Assembly (NCBI GenBank): GCA_963836805.1
Contig: CAWIKK010000001.1
Span: 702,758 to 766,757, forward strand
Length of the DNA stretch: 64,000 bases
Direction: 5' to 3'
Source: an uncultured Gammaproteobacteria bacterium
GTDB taxonomy: Bacteria; Pseudomonadota; Gammaproteobacteria; Steroidobacterales; Steroidobacteraceae
Every line of letters begins with the position of its first letter. Within the stretch, counting starts at the first letter, position 1. Below, in pieces: positions 47,499 to 55,958 of this stretch. The notes beneath the pieces were generated by a model that searched no databases, had not been told where the DNA came from, and saw nothing but the letters and a program-made list of their open reading frames with translations. The position numbers and the translations under genes are program-made.

Positions 47499-48223
47499 AC
47501 AAGACGACTCGTGCATTGGTTACGGGCGGCAGCGGCGGCATCGGTTCCGCAATTTGCCGCGCGCTGAGCGCGCAGGGTCACCATGTATACGTGCACGCGC
47601 ATCGCGGAATCGCTGCCGCCGAATCGATTGCCGCGGACATCGTCGCCGCGGGCGGCCAGGCAAGCGCCGTGCAATTCGACCTGACCGACGCAACGGCAGC
47701 GCGCGCAGCCATCGACCGGATTCTCGAGGCGGGACCGGTACAGGTGCTGGTCAACAACGCGGGCATCCATGATGACGCCGTATTCCCGGGCATGAGTGCG
47801 CAGCAATGGCATCGCGTCATCGACCTGTCGATCAACGGGTTCTATAACGCCACGCAGCCGCTGATGCTGCCCATGATCCGGACGCGCTGGGGCCGCGTCA
47901 TCAGCATTTCCTCGGTCTCCGCGTTGCGCGGCAATCGCGGCCAGGTGAATTATGCCGCCGCGAAGGGAGCGCTGAACGCCGCCACCAAGGCGCTCAGCCT
48001 CGAGGTTGCGAGCCGCGGAATCACGGTCAACGCGGTCGCGCCGGGCATCATTGCAACCGACATGAGCAAGGCGGCATTCGATGCCGCAGCCATCGGCGAA
48101 ATCGTGCCGATGAAGCGCGCCGGTTCGCCCGACGAGGTTGCGAGCCTGGTGGCCTATCTGGCATCGCGCGAGGCCGGTTACATTACCGGGCAGATAATTT
48201 CCGTCAACGGCGGAATGACGTGA
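47495..48223 (+). CDS. 3-oxoacyl-ACP reductase (SDR, FabG-like), 242 aa
   Basis: TGGSGGIGSAI cofactor motif, NNAG, and the catalytic S..YAAAK triad. Confidence 0.92.
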   Translation: MNKTTRALVTGGSGGIGSAICRALSAQGHHVYVHAHRGIAAAESIAADIVAAGGQASAVQFDLTDATAARAAIDRILEAGPVQVLVNNAGIHDDAVFPGMSAQQWHRVIDLSINGFYNATQPLMLPMIRTRWGRVISISSVSALRGNRGQVNYAAAKGALNAATKALSLEVASRGITVNAVAPGIIATDMSKAAFDAAAIGEIVPMKRAGSPDEVASLVAYLASREAGYITGQIISVNGGMT

Positions 48224-48232
48224 CCGGTTCCG

Positions 48233-49780
48233 TCACGCGTAGGCATCCAGCAAGCCGCTCGCGCTGCGCGCTACGGCAATCGCGGCTTGCGATACGCCGG
48301 CAGCCGTGCTGCCGATCGAGGATGCGCCCTCGTAGCCCTGCGATTGCGGTGAGCGTTCCTGGAAAGACCGCTGCGAAATATCCACGCTGACCTGCGCAAA
48401 ACCTTGCGAACCCAGCATTTCGCGCAGTTTGGGCGAGCTGGATTCCAAGGCGTCGCGCGTAAGCGCGCTATGGCTCGAAAGCCAGACTTGCGCGTGGCCG
48501 GCCTGCAAGGCGATTCGAACCTCGATGGGACCGAGCGCCGGCGGATTCACCTGCAATTTGGCGCTGGTTAGATTGCTGTCCATCATCACCGAGACGCGAT
48601 CGGCAACACCTTGTCCGAAGTCCGCCGTATCGACGCCGGCGGCGACTTTGAAGGTCGGCATCGGTGCTGCCTCGCTGGGTGTGTTGGAAGTAAGCAATTG
48701 CGCAGCTCCCGCCGTGCCGTCGTTCGACGTTGGAGATGTTGAGGCATCGGAGCCGTTGTCGTGGGAGCGCTTCTCCGCCGCCCCCGCGTCGGCTGCGCCC
48801 AAGACTGCTCGCGCAATGGAAGCAGCCGCTGCGGCAATGCCGGCGGTTGGCGCGGCCGCGGCGCGCGCCGTTGCGATGCCTGCGGGCCCGGCAACGGGTG
48901 AATCGTTGGCAGCCGCCATGCCTTGGAACGCGGTGGTGCTGTCGGAATTCACAAGGTTTTCGGAGATTGGATAATCGGTTGCAGGCGCGCGGCCGGCCGG
49001 CCCGGCCGCGGTGGCCATGACTGCTGCCGCGGCGGCGTCGCTATTCGCCTCGCTCGCGGCGGTACTCGCGTCGGGCGGCGAGGGTCCCGATGTCGCTGCA
49101 ATTGCTGCCCTGCTTTCTGCGCCGTCGCTGGAATTGGCATCCGCCGCCGCGCCCAAGGGAGCGGCGGGGACGGATGTCACGCCCGCTCGAGCGGGAAGCG
49201 CATTGGCGCGCGACGTGCCGGGCGCTGCAGCAGCGGCCGGGGCCGCCGGCGCTGTGTGCATGTCGGCGGCGTGCGGCATGTTCAAACCGGGACCCAGCGT
49301 GGCCGCTGTGGCGGGAGCCGCCGGAACCGTATCAATCACGGCCGCGGGCGGTTCGGTGATATCGGCGGTTTGTGCCGGCCCCGCCATTCCAACAATCGCA
49401 CCCTGAGCGAGGGTATCCGTCGGCGCCGACGCGGCGCCGGACTTGTCCGCGGCTGATGCGACAGTCGTGACCGCTGCTCCCACAGCGCCTGCGGCATCCC
49501 CCGCTTGCCCGGCAGCTTGGGCTGCCGCCCCGGCCGGCTGCGCTGCGCAGCCAAGCGGCGGCTGATTGCCGGAGGCCGGCAAGCTACTGCCGCCGGGTGC
49601 CGGATCTTGATGCTTGCCTGCCGCGTTCTTGCGGTTCGGCTTGGGTCCGGCATCGCTTAGCGCCTTGGCGAAATCCTGGCCGCCGGCGCCCGCGGCCTGC
49701 GGTGCCGAGGATGCGGAGTCGTCGAGTTGCGGGGCATCGCTGCTGCGTTGTGCTTGGAATACGGCTGGTGTTGCATTCAT
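48233..49780 (-). CDS. fliK: Flagellar hook-length control protein FliK (515 aa)
   Basis: Ala/Pro/Gly-rich central ruler. Conserved C-terminal domain LQVNPPALGPIEVRIALQAGHAQVWLSSHSALTRDALESSSPKLREMLGSQGF. N-terminal QDFAKALSDAG motif. ATG 49780 is the only in-frame start downstream of the neighbouring gene. Confidence 0.8.
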   Translation of the reverse strand: MNATPAVFQAQRSSDAPQLDDSASSAPQAAGAGGQDFAKALSDAGPKPNRKNAAGKHQDPAPGGSSLPASGNQPPLGCAAQPAGAAAQAAGQAGDAAGAVGAAVTTVASAADKSGAASAPTDTLAQGAIVGMAGPAQTADITEPPAAVIDTVPAAPATAATLGPGLNMPHAADMHTAPAAPAAAAAPGTSRANALPARAGVTSVPAAPLGAAADANSSDGAESRAAIAATSGPSPPDASTAASEANSDAAAAAVMATAAGPAGRAPATDYPISENLVNSDSTTAFQGMAAANDSPVAGPAGIATARAAAAPTAGIAAAAASIARAVLGAADAGAAEKRSHDNGSDASTSPTSNDGTAGAAQLLTSNTPSEAAPMPTFKVAAGVDTADFGQGVADRVSVMMDSNLTSAKLQVNPPALGPIEVRIALQAGHAQVWLSSHSALTRDALESSSPKLREMLGSQGFAQVSVDISQRSFQERSPQSQGYEGASSIGSTAAGVSQAAIAVARSASGLLDAYA

Positions 49781-49792
49781 ACACCAGGGAAT

Positions 49793-49808
49793 TGCAAGCG
49801 ACGTGCCA
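49793..49808 (-). promoter_or_regulatory. Sigma54 (-24/-12) promoter immediately upstream of fliK
   Basis: Minus strand TGGCACGTCGCTTGCA fully matches TGGCACG-N4-TTGCW. The -12 C is at 49794, only 14 nt before the A of the fliK ATG. Confidence 0.6.
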
Positions 49809-49862
49809 GCCGCCGCGCAGCGCGAATCGATCCTAAGCGCGCGGCCGGCCGGCCGGCATCGT

Positions 49863-51812
49863 CTACTTAAGGTACCGATCGAACCACGCGAGCGTGCGCT
49901 GCTCGGCGTCGGCCAGGTGATTGGGATCTCGCAACCCGTGTCCTTCACCAGGATAGATCATGATCGAAGTCGGCACATTCATCGTTTTCATTGCGTGCCA
50001 GAATTCCTGCGTTTGCGGTGCCGGGCACTCGATATCGTGCTCGCCGACGTAGGCGAAGGTCGGCGTCTTCACATTGTGCATGTAATTGATGGCCGAAGAA
50101 GCCGCATAGACCGCGGGATCGTCGTAGGCTGATTTGCCGAAGTAGGGAATCATCCAGGCGTCGATGCCATTTTCGCCGTAGTAGGACAGCCAATCGCTGA
50201 TGCCGGCCGCAGCGACCGCGGCTTTGAATCGATCGGTCTGAGTCACCGCCCACATGCTCATGAAGCCGCCATAGCTGCCGCCGGTCAGGCCGAGGCGCGC
50301 GGTGTCGATGGGCGCGGCTTTGGCCGCGGCGTCAATGCCGGCGAGTATGTCGCGCAAGTCGCCGTGGCCAAAGTCGCGGATATTCGCTTGCGTGAACCGC
50401 TCTCCCTGCCCATAGCTGCCGCGAGGGTTGGGCTGGAACAGCGCATAGCCATGCTGCAAGAGCGCGGTGGTAGTTCCCGGCCCGGCGAAACTCGGGGTCA
50501 CCGCCGCCGCCGGACCGCCGTGAACTCTGACAATCATCGGCATCTTGCCCTCGGCATGCAGGGGCAGCAGCAGCCAGCCCTGGATATCGAAGCCGTCGTT
50601 CTTCCACCAAACGCTTTGCACATGCGCCGGCATGCTCAAGCCCGCATTGAGTGCCGTAAGGTTTCGCCAATGTCCGATCGTGCCGACTTCGATCTCCGGC
50701 GCGAGTGTGAAGGATTCGTGCGCGTCGGCCGTCACGCCAGAGGGGCAGGCGGTCGAGATGCCGCCGGCACGATCGCCGAATGACTCCTCTCCGCTCCAGA
50801 AGATCCGAGCGGGCTCCGCCGTGCGTCCAGTGCCCAAATCCGCAAATTGCGTCTTGTCGCCGGCGAGCAGCTCGGCCTGCAAACGGCCGTCGCAGCGCCA
50901 CGCGATGGAAGTGGCCGATGCACGCATGTCGGGCGTGAGATTCATGGCCGTGCCGCCGTCCAAGCCCAATACAAAGACGTCGCCGCCCGTTGAACCAAAG
51001 TCGCTCATGATGCCGGCGATAAAGGCTACCAGCGAACCATCGCGCGATACCTTCGGCATCGCAAGCTGTTGTCGCGCGTCGCTCGGCGTGTAAATCACGC
51101 GGGCACCGCTGCCGCTTTCGGGAAAGGCATATAGCTTCGCAGTCCACCAATTGTTGTCGCCGTCGCCGGGCGCCGCAGTGCCGACGAATCCTTTGCCGCG
51201 CGCGCGCCAGTCATACTCGTAGACGAATAGATCAGGGGGGGAGATCCAGCGCAACGCGCCATTCTCCAGGATGGCGATGCGCTGCTCCGGAGGCGGGGCA
51301 TCCAAATCGCCGGCGATCGCCGCTCCGGCCTGGGTAGCACCCACCTCCTTGGTGGCATTTTGAATCGCCAGCATGGCGAGGCGGCCATCCGGCAGGTAGC
51401 GCAGGTGTTCGATGGTGCCGCCGAAATCCAGCGTCTTGAGCAAGGCGCTACCGTCCGCATTCACGGTGTACACAGATCGCGCGTGGCTGCCGGGCGTTCG
51501 CAAGGCAAAGCTCAAATGCTTGCCGTCCGGACTCCAGGTAGGCGAACTGGCCCAACATTCCGGCACGCGGCCGCAGGGCAGCGCAACGGCGATCGGGGCG
51601 CCGCCGGCGCGCACCGGACGGATCACCAGATCGCGAATGGTCGGCGCACCGCCGCTCTTCGAGGAATCGCCTTCGACCGAGGCGACCAGTTCCCCATTCG
51701 GCGAGATCTCAACGCCCAGGTACCGATGCACCAGGCGATCGGAAGACTGCGCAGCTCCGCACCACTGTCCGACGCCGATGCAAAGCATCGCTACTGCAAC
51801 TACCCGCCTCAT
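49863..51812 (-). CDS. S9 family serine peptidase with an N-terminal beta-propeller (acylaminoacyl-peptidase-like), secreted
   Basis: Signal peptide MRRVVAVAMLCIGVGQWCGAAQS from ATG 51812, nucleophile motif GGSYGGFMSMW, and C-terminal GEGHG (His). Confidence 0.85.
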   Translation of the reverse strand: MRRVVAVAMLCIGVGQWCGAAQSSDRLVHRYLGVEISPNGELVASVEGDSSKSGGAPTIRDLVIRPVRAGGAPIAVALPCGRVPECWASSPTWSPDGKHLSFALRTPGSHARSVYTVNADGSALLKTLDFGGTIEHLRYLPDGRLAMLAIQNATKEVGATQAGAAIAGDLDAPPPEQRIAILENGALRWISPPDLFVYEYDWRARGKGFVGTAAPGDGDNNWWTAKLYAFPESGSGARVIYTPSDARQQLAMPKVSRDGSLVAFIAGIMSDFGSTGGDVFVLGLDGGTAMNLTPDMRASATSIAWRCDGRLQAELLAGDKTQFADLGTGRTAEPARIFWSGEESFGDRAGGISTACPSGVTADAHESFTLAPEIEVGTIGHWRNLTALNAGLSMPAHVQSVWWKNDGFDIQGWLLLPLHAEGKMPMIVRVHGGPAAAVTPSFAGPGTTTALLQHGYALFQPNPRGSYGQGERFTQANIRDFGHGDLRDILAGIDAAAKAAPIDTARLGLTGGSYGGFMSMWAVTQTDRFKAAVAAAGISDWLSYYGENGIDAWMIPYFGKSAYDDPAVYAASSAINYMHNVKTPTFAYVGEHDIECPAPQTQEFWHAMKTMNVPTSIMIYPGEGHGLRDPNHLADAEQRTLAWFDRYLK

Positions 51813-51838
51813 GTCATACCCCTTTGCGTTGATGGCGG

Positions 51839-52489
51839 CTATGTGCCGCGATTGAATTTCAGTACCAGCGTCGCGCAACCCAAGAGACCCACGCCCTCGA
51901 TGCGCGCGAGCAACCGGTTCATGTTACCGGTGACGCCGAATCTCGCGCTCGCGCGCGCCGCACGATGCGCGAGCCATCCGTATCCTGTCAGGATGCAGAA
52001 CTCCGGAACCATCGATGTCGCCGCGAGAATCAGCATCTGCGGGACGACGGGGCTGCTCGGCTCTATGAACTGCGGCAGCAGGGCCAGAAAAAATAACAGC
52101 GCCTTCGGGTTGGCAAGCTGCAGAGTAAGCGCTCCTAAATACACGTTGTGCAGCCCCCGATCGCGCTCTTCGGGGTCTTCGCCCAGCGCCACAGAATGCA
52201 TGGTGTTGGCGGAATACAAAGCCTTGAGGCCCAGATAAATCAAGTAGGCGGCGCCCACCCATTTGGCGACGGTGAAAAACCGTGCGCTGGCGGCGATGAT
52301 GGCTCCCAGGCTCGTGGCTGAGAGCGCGAAATAAATCCCGTTTGCAGTGAGGATCCCCGCGGCGGCCGGCAAGGTACGCCGCAGCCCGCCGCGCACGCCC
52401 TGCGATACCGTATAGAAAACGGCCGGCCCCGGCGACAGCGACAAGGCGGTCTCCATCACCAAGAACAGCAGCCAGGTCTTAAAGGCCAT
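51839..52489 (-). CDS. LysE/RhtB family amino-acid exporter (216 aa)
   Basis: N-terminal LSLSPGPAVFYTVSQG motif and a 5-6 TM profile. Confidence 0.88.
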   Translation of the reverse strand: MAFKTWLLFLVMETALSLSPGPAVFYTVSQGVRGGLRRTLPAAAGILTANGIYFALSATSLGAIIAASARFFTVAKWVGAAYLIYLGLKALYSANTMHSVALGEDPEERDRGLHNVYLGALTLQLANPKALLFFLALLPQFIEPSSPVVPQMLILAATSMVPEFCILTGYGWLAHRAARASARFGVTGNMNRLLARIEGVGLLGCATLVLKFNRGT

Positions 52490-52492
52490 CTA

Positions 52493-52513
52493 GGAGCCTG
52501 TCTGAGTATTCAA
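52493..52513. repeat. 21-nt exact repeat GGAGCCTGTCTGAGTATTCAA, copy 2
   Basis: Identical to 14868-14888. Sits between the prolyl-oligopeptidase stop (52529) and the lysE ATG (52489). Confidence 0.7.
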
Positions 52514-52528
52514 ACTAACGGGCCGCGC

Positions 52529-54700
52529 TCACTTCGGCGGCAGCCGCATGCCAAGCTGGTCGAACAGAAAGGCATAGATGTCGGCCTGCTGATTTACACG
52601 AACAGACAGGGCGCTGCCGATGCCGTGTCCGGCATGCGAGTTGATGCTGAGCAGAACAGGTTTGCCGGAAGTCGTCGCCGCCTGCAGGCGCGCAATCATT
52701 TTCCGAGAATGAGCCGGATTGACGCGCCCATCAGTCTCGCCGGTCGCCATGAAGATCGCCGGGTAAGGTGTGCCTTCGTTTACGTGATGGTAAGGCGAAT
52801 AGGCGTAGAGCGCCTTGAATTGCGCCGGATCCTTCACCGACCCGTATTCGGTTGTGTTGAACAAGCCGTTCGGATCCAATTCCACGCGCAACATGTCGTA
52901 AATTCCGACCCGCGATACTACGGCGCGGAACAAATCCGGGCGTTGCGTCAATGCCGCACCCATCAACAGGCCGCCGTTGCTGCCGCCCATGATGGCCAGA
53001 TGCTGGCGGTCCGTGTATTTCGCTGCGATCAGGTGCTGTGCAACGGCGAGAAAATCGTCGAACACATTTTGCTTTTGGGTCAGCGCGCCCTGGCGGTGCC
53101 AATCCTCGCCGTATTCACCGCCGCCGCGCAGGTTGGCATCGACGTACACCCCCCCGCCATCCAACCACAAACGGATGTTGGCGCCGAGAAAACCGGGAGT
53201 CTCGCTGATGCCAAAGCCGCCGTAGCCATACAGCAGCAGCGGATTCGCGCCGTTCAATTGCGTTCCTTTGCGGCGCACGATATTGATCGGAATCGCAGTG
53301 CCGTCCTTGGACTTTACGAACTCGCGCACCACTTCCGTGTCCGTGAACGTTACCGGACTGGTCTGCGCAAGGCCCGTGTCGGAGGCCGTTGCGGTCTTTG
53401 CATCATAGCGGCGGAAGTACGGCGGACGCAGGTAGGTCTCGACGGAATACAGCAGTGTGCCGTCGCTCAAGGATTCCACCTCATCGACGCCCGCCACGTC
53501 GGGGAGCGGCAGCACGCCTTTGGGGGCGCCGGCGTGATCGTAAATGGCCACCCGCGAAGGACCGCCGATCAGTTCGCGTAGGTACACCGCGCTCTGCGTG
53601 ACCACCACCGGCTCTCCGCCGAACTCGCCGCTCGCCAGCATGACCGCGCCGCTTTCGGGCACGATCGTTGCGGCGCGGCTCAAATCGCTGCTGCCCGGCT
53701 CGAGCCTGAGAAGTTTGCCGCGCGGCGCGCCTTTGCGCGAAACCAGGTACAGCGCGCCATCCGTGCCCGCCGCCGCCGCGACCACTTGATCGTCGAAATG
53801 AGTGATTTGCCGGACCGCACCCTGGCGGTCGATTACGTAGTGGGCGAATTCGCCGCCGTCGCCGTTTGCCACCGAAACGATTACCAGGCGGGGATCGTAG
53901 CGCGTGTCCAGCTTGATTTCGGCGACCTTTGGAAAGTCCTTGCCGAGCGCGTACACATCCTTGGAAGGATCGCTCTCCAGCAGATGAAAATAGACCTGCT
54001 GGAAGAAATGCTGCTCCTCGGCAGGGCGGTCCGCTCCCGGGTAGCGCGTATACCAGAAACCTTTGCTGTCGGCGCGCCACGCCAAACTGCCGCCGCCGGT
54101 CGGATATTGAACGCGGGGAATCGGCGCCCCGATTTCCTTGCCCGACGAGGCGTCAAACAGATGCAGCGTGCCATCCTCGCTGCCGTTCTCCGACATCGAG
54201 ACCGCAAGCATCCTGCCGTCGGGTGAAGGCACGAACCAGTCTATGGCGGTCGTGCCTTTGACGTTAATGACGTTCGGATCCACCACGACCCGCGCGAGCG
54301 CTGGGTCTGCGGCATTGGTGAGCATCGCGATCATCGGCTGTTGCTTGGGCGGCTGCGTGTAATACGCGAACACGGAATTCCCGACGGCGCGCAGCCCGGC
54401 ATAGGAGCTGGAGGTCGCGGAAATCTGACTGAACAATTGCTTGAATATCGGCGCGCGCAGCGGCAGCGAATCAAGATACTTTCGGGCGCGCGCGTCCTGC
54501 GAAGCGCTCCACTCGTGAACCTTGGGATCGGCGGCGTTCTCCAGCCAACGATATGGATCGGTGACGGTGACCGCTTGGTAGCTGTCCGTGACCGCGCGCT
54601 GTTCTGACAGCGGTGCGCCGCTGTCGGCGGATGCAACGCTCAGGGTGATGAAGCTGACGAGAAAGGCGCCAATGGCCGCCGGTGCTTTTTGATTTTTCAT
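52529..54700 (-). CDS. Prolyl oligopeptidase family (S9A) serine peptidase, secreted
   Basis: Signal peptide MKNQKAPAAIGAFLVSFITLSVASA from ATG 54700, a beta-propeller region, nucleophile GGSNGGLLMG, and HAGHG near the C-terminus. Confidence 0.9.
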   Translation of the reverse strand: MKNQKAPAAIGAFLVSFITLSVASADSGAPLSEQRAVTDSYQAVTVTDPYRWLENAADPKVHEWSASQDARARKYLDSLPLRAPIFKQLFSQISATSSSYAGLRAVGNSVFAYYTQPPKQQPMIAMLTNAADPALARVVVDPNVINVKGTTAIDWFVPSPDGRMLAVSMSENGSEDGTLHLFDASSGKEIGAPIPRVQYPTGGGSLAWRADSKGFWYTRYPGADRPAEEQHFFQQVYFHLLESDPSKDVYALGKDFPKVAEIKLDTRYDPRLVIVSVANGDGGEFAHYVIDRQGAVRQITHFDDQVVAAAAGTDGALYLVSRKGAPRGKLLRLEPGSSDLSRAATIVPESGAVMLASGEFGGEPVVVTQSAVYLRELIGGPSRVAIYDHAGAPKGVLPLPDVAGVDEVESLSDGTLLYSVETYLRPPYFRRYDAKTATASDTGLAQTSPVTFTDTEVVREFVKSKDGTAIPINIVRRKGTQLNGANPLLLYGYGGFGISETPGFLGANIRLWLDGGGVYVDANLRGGGEYGEDWHRQGALTQKQNVFDDFLAVAQHLIAAKYTDRQHLAIMGGSNGGLLMGAALTQRPDLFRAVVSRVGIYDMLRVELDPNGLFNTTEYGSVKDPAQFKALYAYSPYHHVNEGTPYPAIFMATGETDGRVNPAHSRKMIARLQAATTSGKPVLLSINSHAGHGIGSALSVRVNQQADIYAFLFDQLGMRLPPK

Positions 54701-54751
54701 AGGGCCGCAATGATCTACCCACATTTCGATCATGGCAAGCCAGCGGCGGCG

Positions 54752-55849
54752 CTAGCTCGTGGGCAAGCCCGCGAGAAATCCGGCGACATGCTCATTGAGA
54801 AATTTTCCGTCCGCGGGCGATGCGCCGGCGCCGGCCGGATGTCCCCACAACGACGGGATGATGGCCAGAGTGCAGTGTGGAATGAATGCGGCTTCATAGC
54901 GTGCATCGGTTGTCGGAAAATACAGATCCGTCTCCGAGGGCATGTACAGCACCGGCACCTTGATGGAGCGCAGTGCCGTCTCGACGTCCTTGAAGGGCGG
55001 CGTTTTGCCGACGTCGTGGGTTTCCCAGGTTCGCATGTGCAGAATCAGATTATTGGCGTCGGCGCCGGGAATGAAATTGGTGCGGAACCGATCCACAACT
55101 TCGTCGAAATTCCTGCCTAACGACGCGTTGCCGCGCCACAGTTCCTGCCGCCACCATTCCTGAGAGAACAGCCAACCGGTCCAGACCATGGAGAACGCCT
55201 GGATGCCCGTGGTCGGCTGGGACTGGTAATCGCCGCCGTTGAACTTCGGGTCTGCCGTCAGCGCCGCAATCTGGCCTTCGAGCCTGACGATGCCATGACC
55301 GTAAGTCTTGGCCGTCCCGGAGGTGGCGACGATGCCGTCCATGTAATCCGGATAGCTCACGGCCCATTGAAATGCCTGCTGGGCGCCCATCGAGAAGCCG
55401 ATGACGGCGCGCAAATGCCGGACATGCAGCTGTTCGGTCAGCATTTTATGCACGGCTTCCACGTTGTCGCGGATGGTCGTGACCGGAAACCGCGGCCCAT
55501 GAAGTGGCTCCGGCGTGTTGCTGGGAGAGGAAGAGCGGCCATTGCCGAACAGCTCGCTGGTGATGAGAAACATCTTTTTGGGATCGAGCGCCTTGTCCGC
55601 GCCGATCAGCCATCCATAGCCATGCATTTCCGCCATGTAGTGAGAGGGCAGAAGGATGGCGTTGTCGCCCTTCGCATTGAGCTTTCCATAGGTGCCGTAG
55701 ACGATTCGTGCTTCGGGAAGAACCGTGCCGCTTTCGGTTTTGAAATTCTTGATGATGAACTCGTGTTGAATCGGTTCGCCATCGGCGGCGGCTTGTGCTT
55801 GCGCGAATTGCACGCCCAACAATGCGATGAGCAACGGAATAAGACGCAC
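54752..55849 (-). CDS. MetX-like (homoserine O-acetyltransferase fold) putative esterase with a signal peptide, 365 aa, GTG start
   Basis: Signal MRLIPLLIALLGVQFAQAQA, alpha/beta hydrolase nucleophile GFSMGAQQAF, and C-terminal GHPAG. Confidence 0.75.
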   Translation of the reverse strand: MRLIPLLIALLGVQFAQAQAAADGEPIQHEFIIKNFKTESGTVLPEARIVYGTYGKLNAKGDNAILLPSHYMAEMHGYGWLIGADKALDPKKMFLITSELFGNGRSSSPSNTPEPLHGPRFPVTTIRDNVEAVHKMLTEQLHVRHLRAVIGFSMGAQQAFQWAVSYPDYMDGIVATSGTAKTYGHGIVRLEGQIAALTADPKFNGGDYQSQPTTGIQAFSMVWTGWLFSQEWWRQELWRGNASLGRNFDEVVDRFRTNFIPGADANNLILHMRTWETHDVGKTPPFKDVETALRSIKVPVLYMPSETDLYFPTTDARYEAAFIPHCTLAIIPSLWGHPAGAGASPADGKFLNEHVAGFLAGLPTS

Positions 55850-55958
55850 AGTGATCTCCCAAATTTTATTCGGCCGCCGGAACAGCCGGCGAAGTGATCG
55901 GATGCCGGCTCACAGATTATCACGCAGCAACCCTTGACTGCATCGCGATCAAGATGCG

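Noticed and set aside
48233-49780. Apparent repetitiveness in fliK and the many overlapping ORFs on both strands (for example 48429-48974 and 49011-49406), considered as a possible tandem-repeat or array feature.
   Set aside because: This is low-complexity Ala/Pro/Gly-coding sequence typical of the FliK ruler region. There are no regularly spaced exact DNA repeats.
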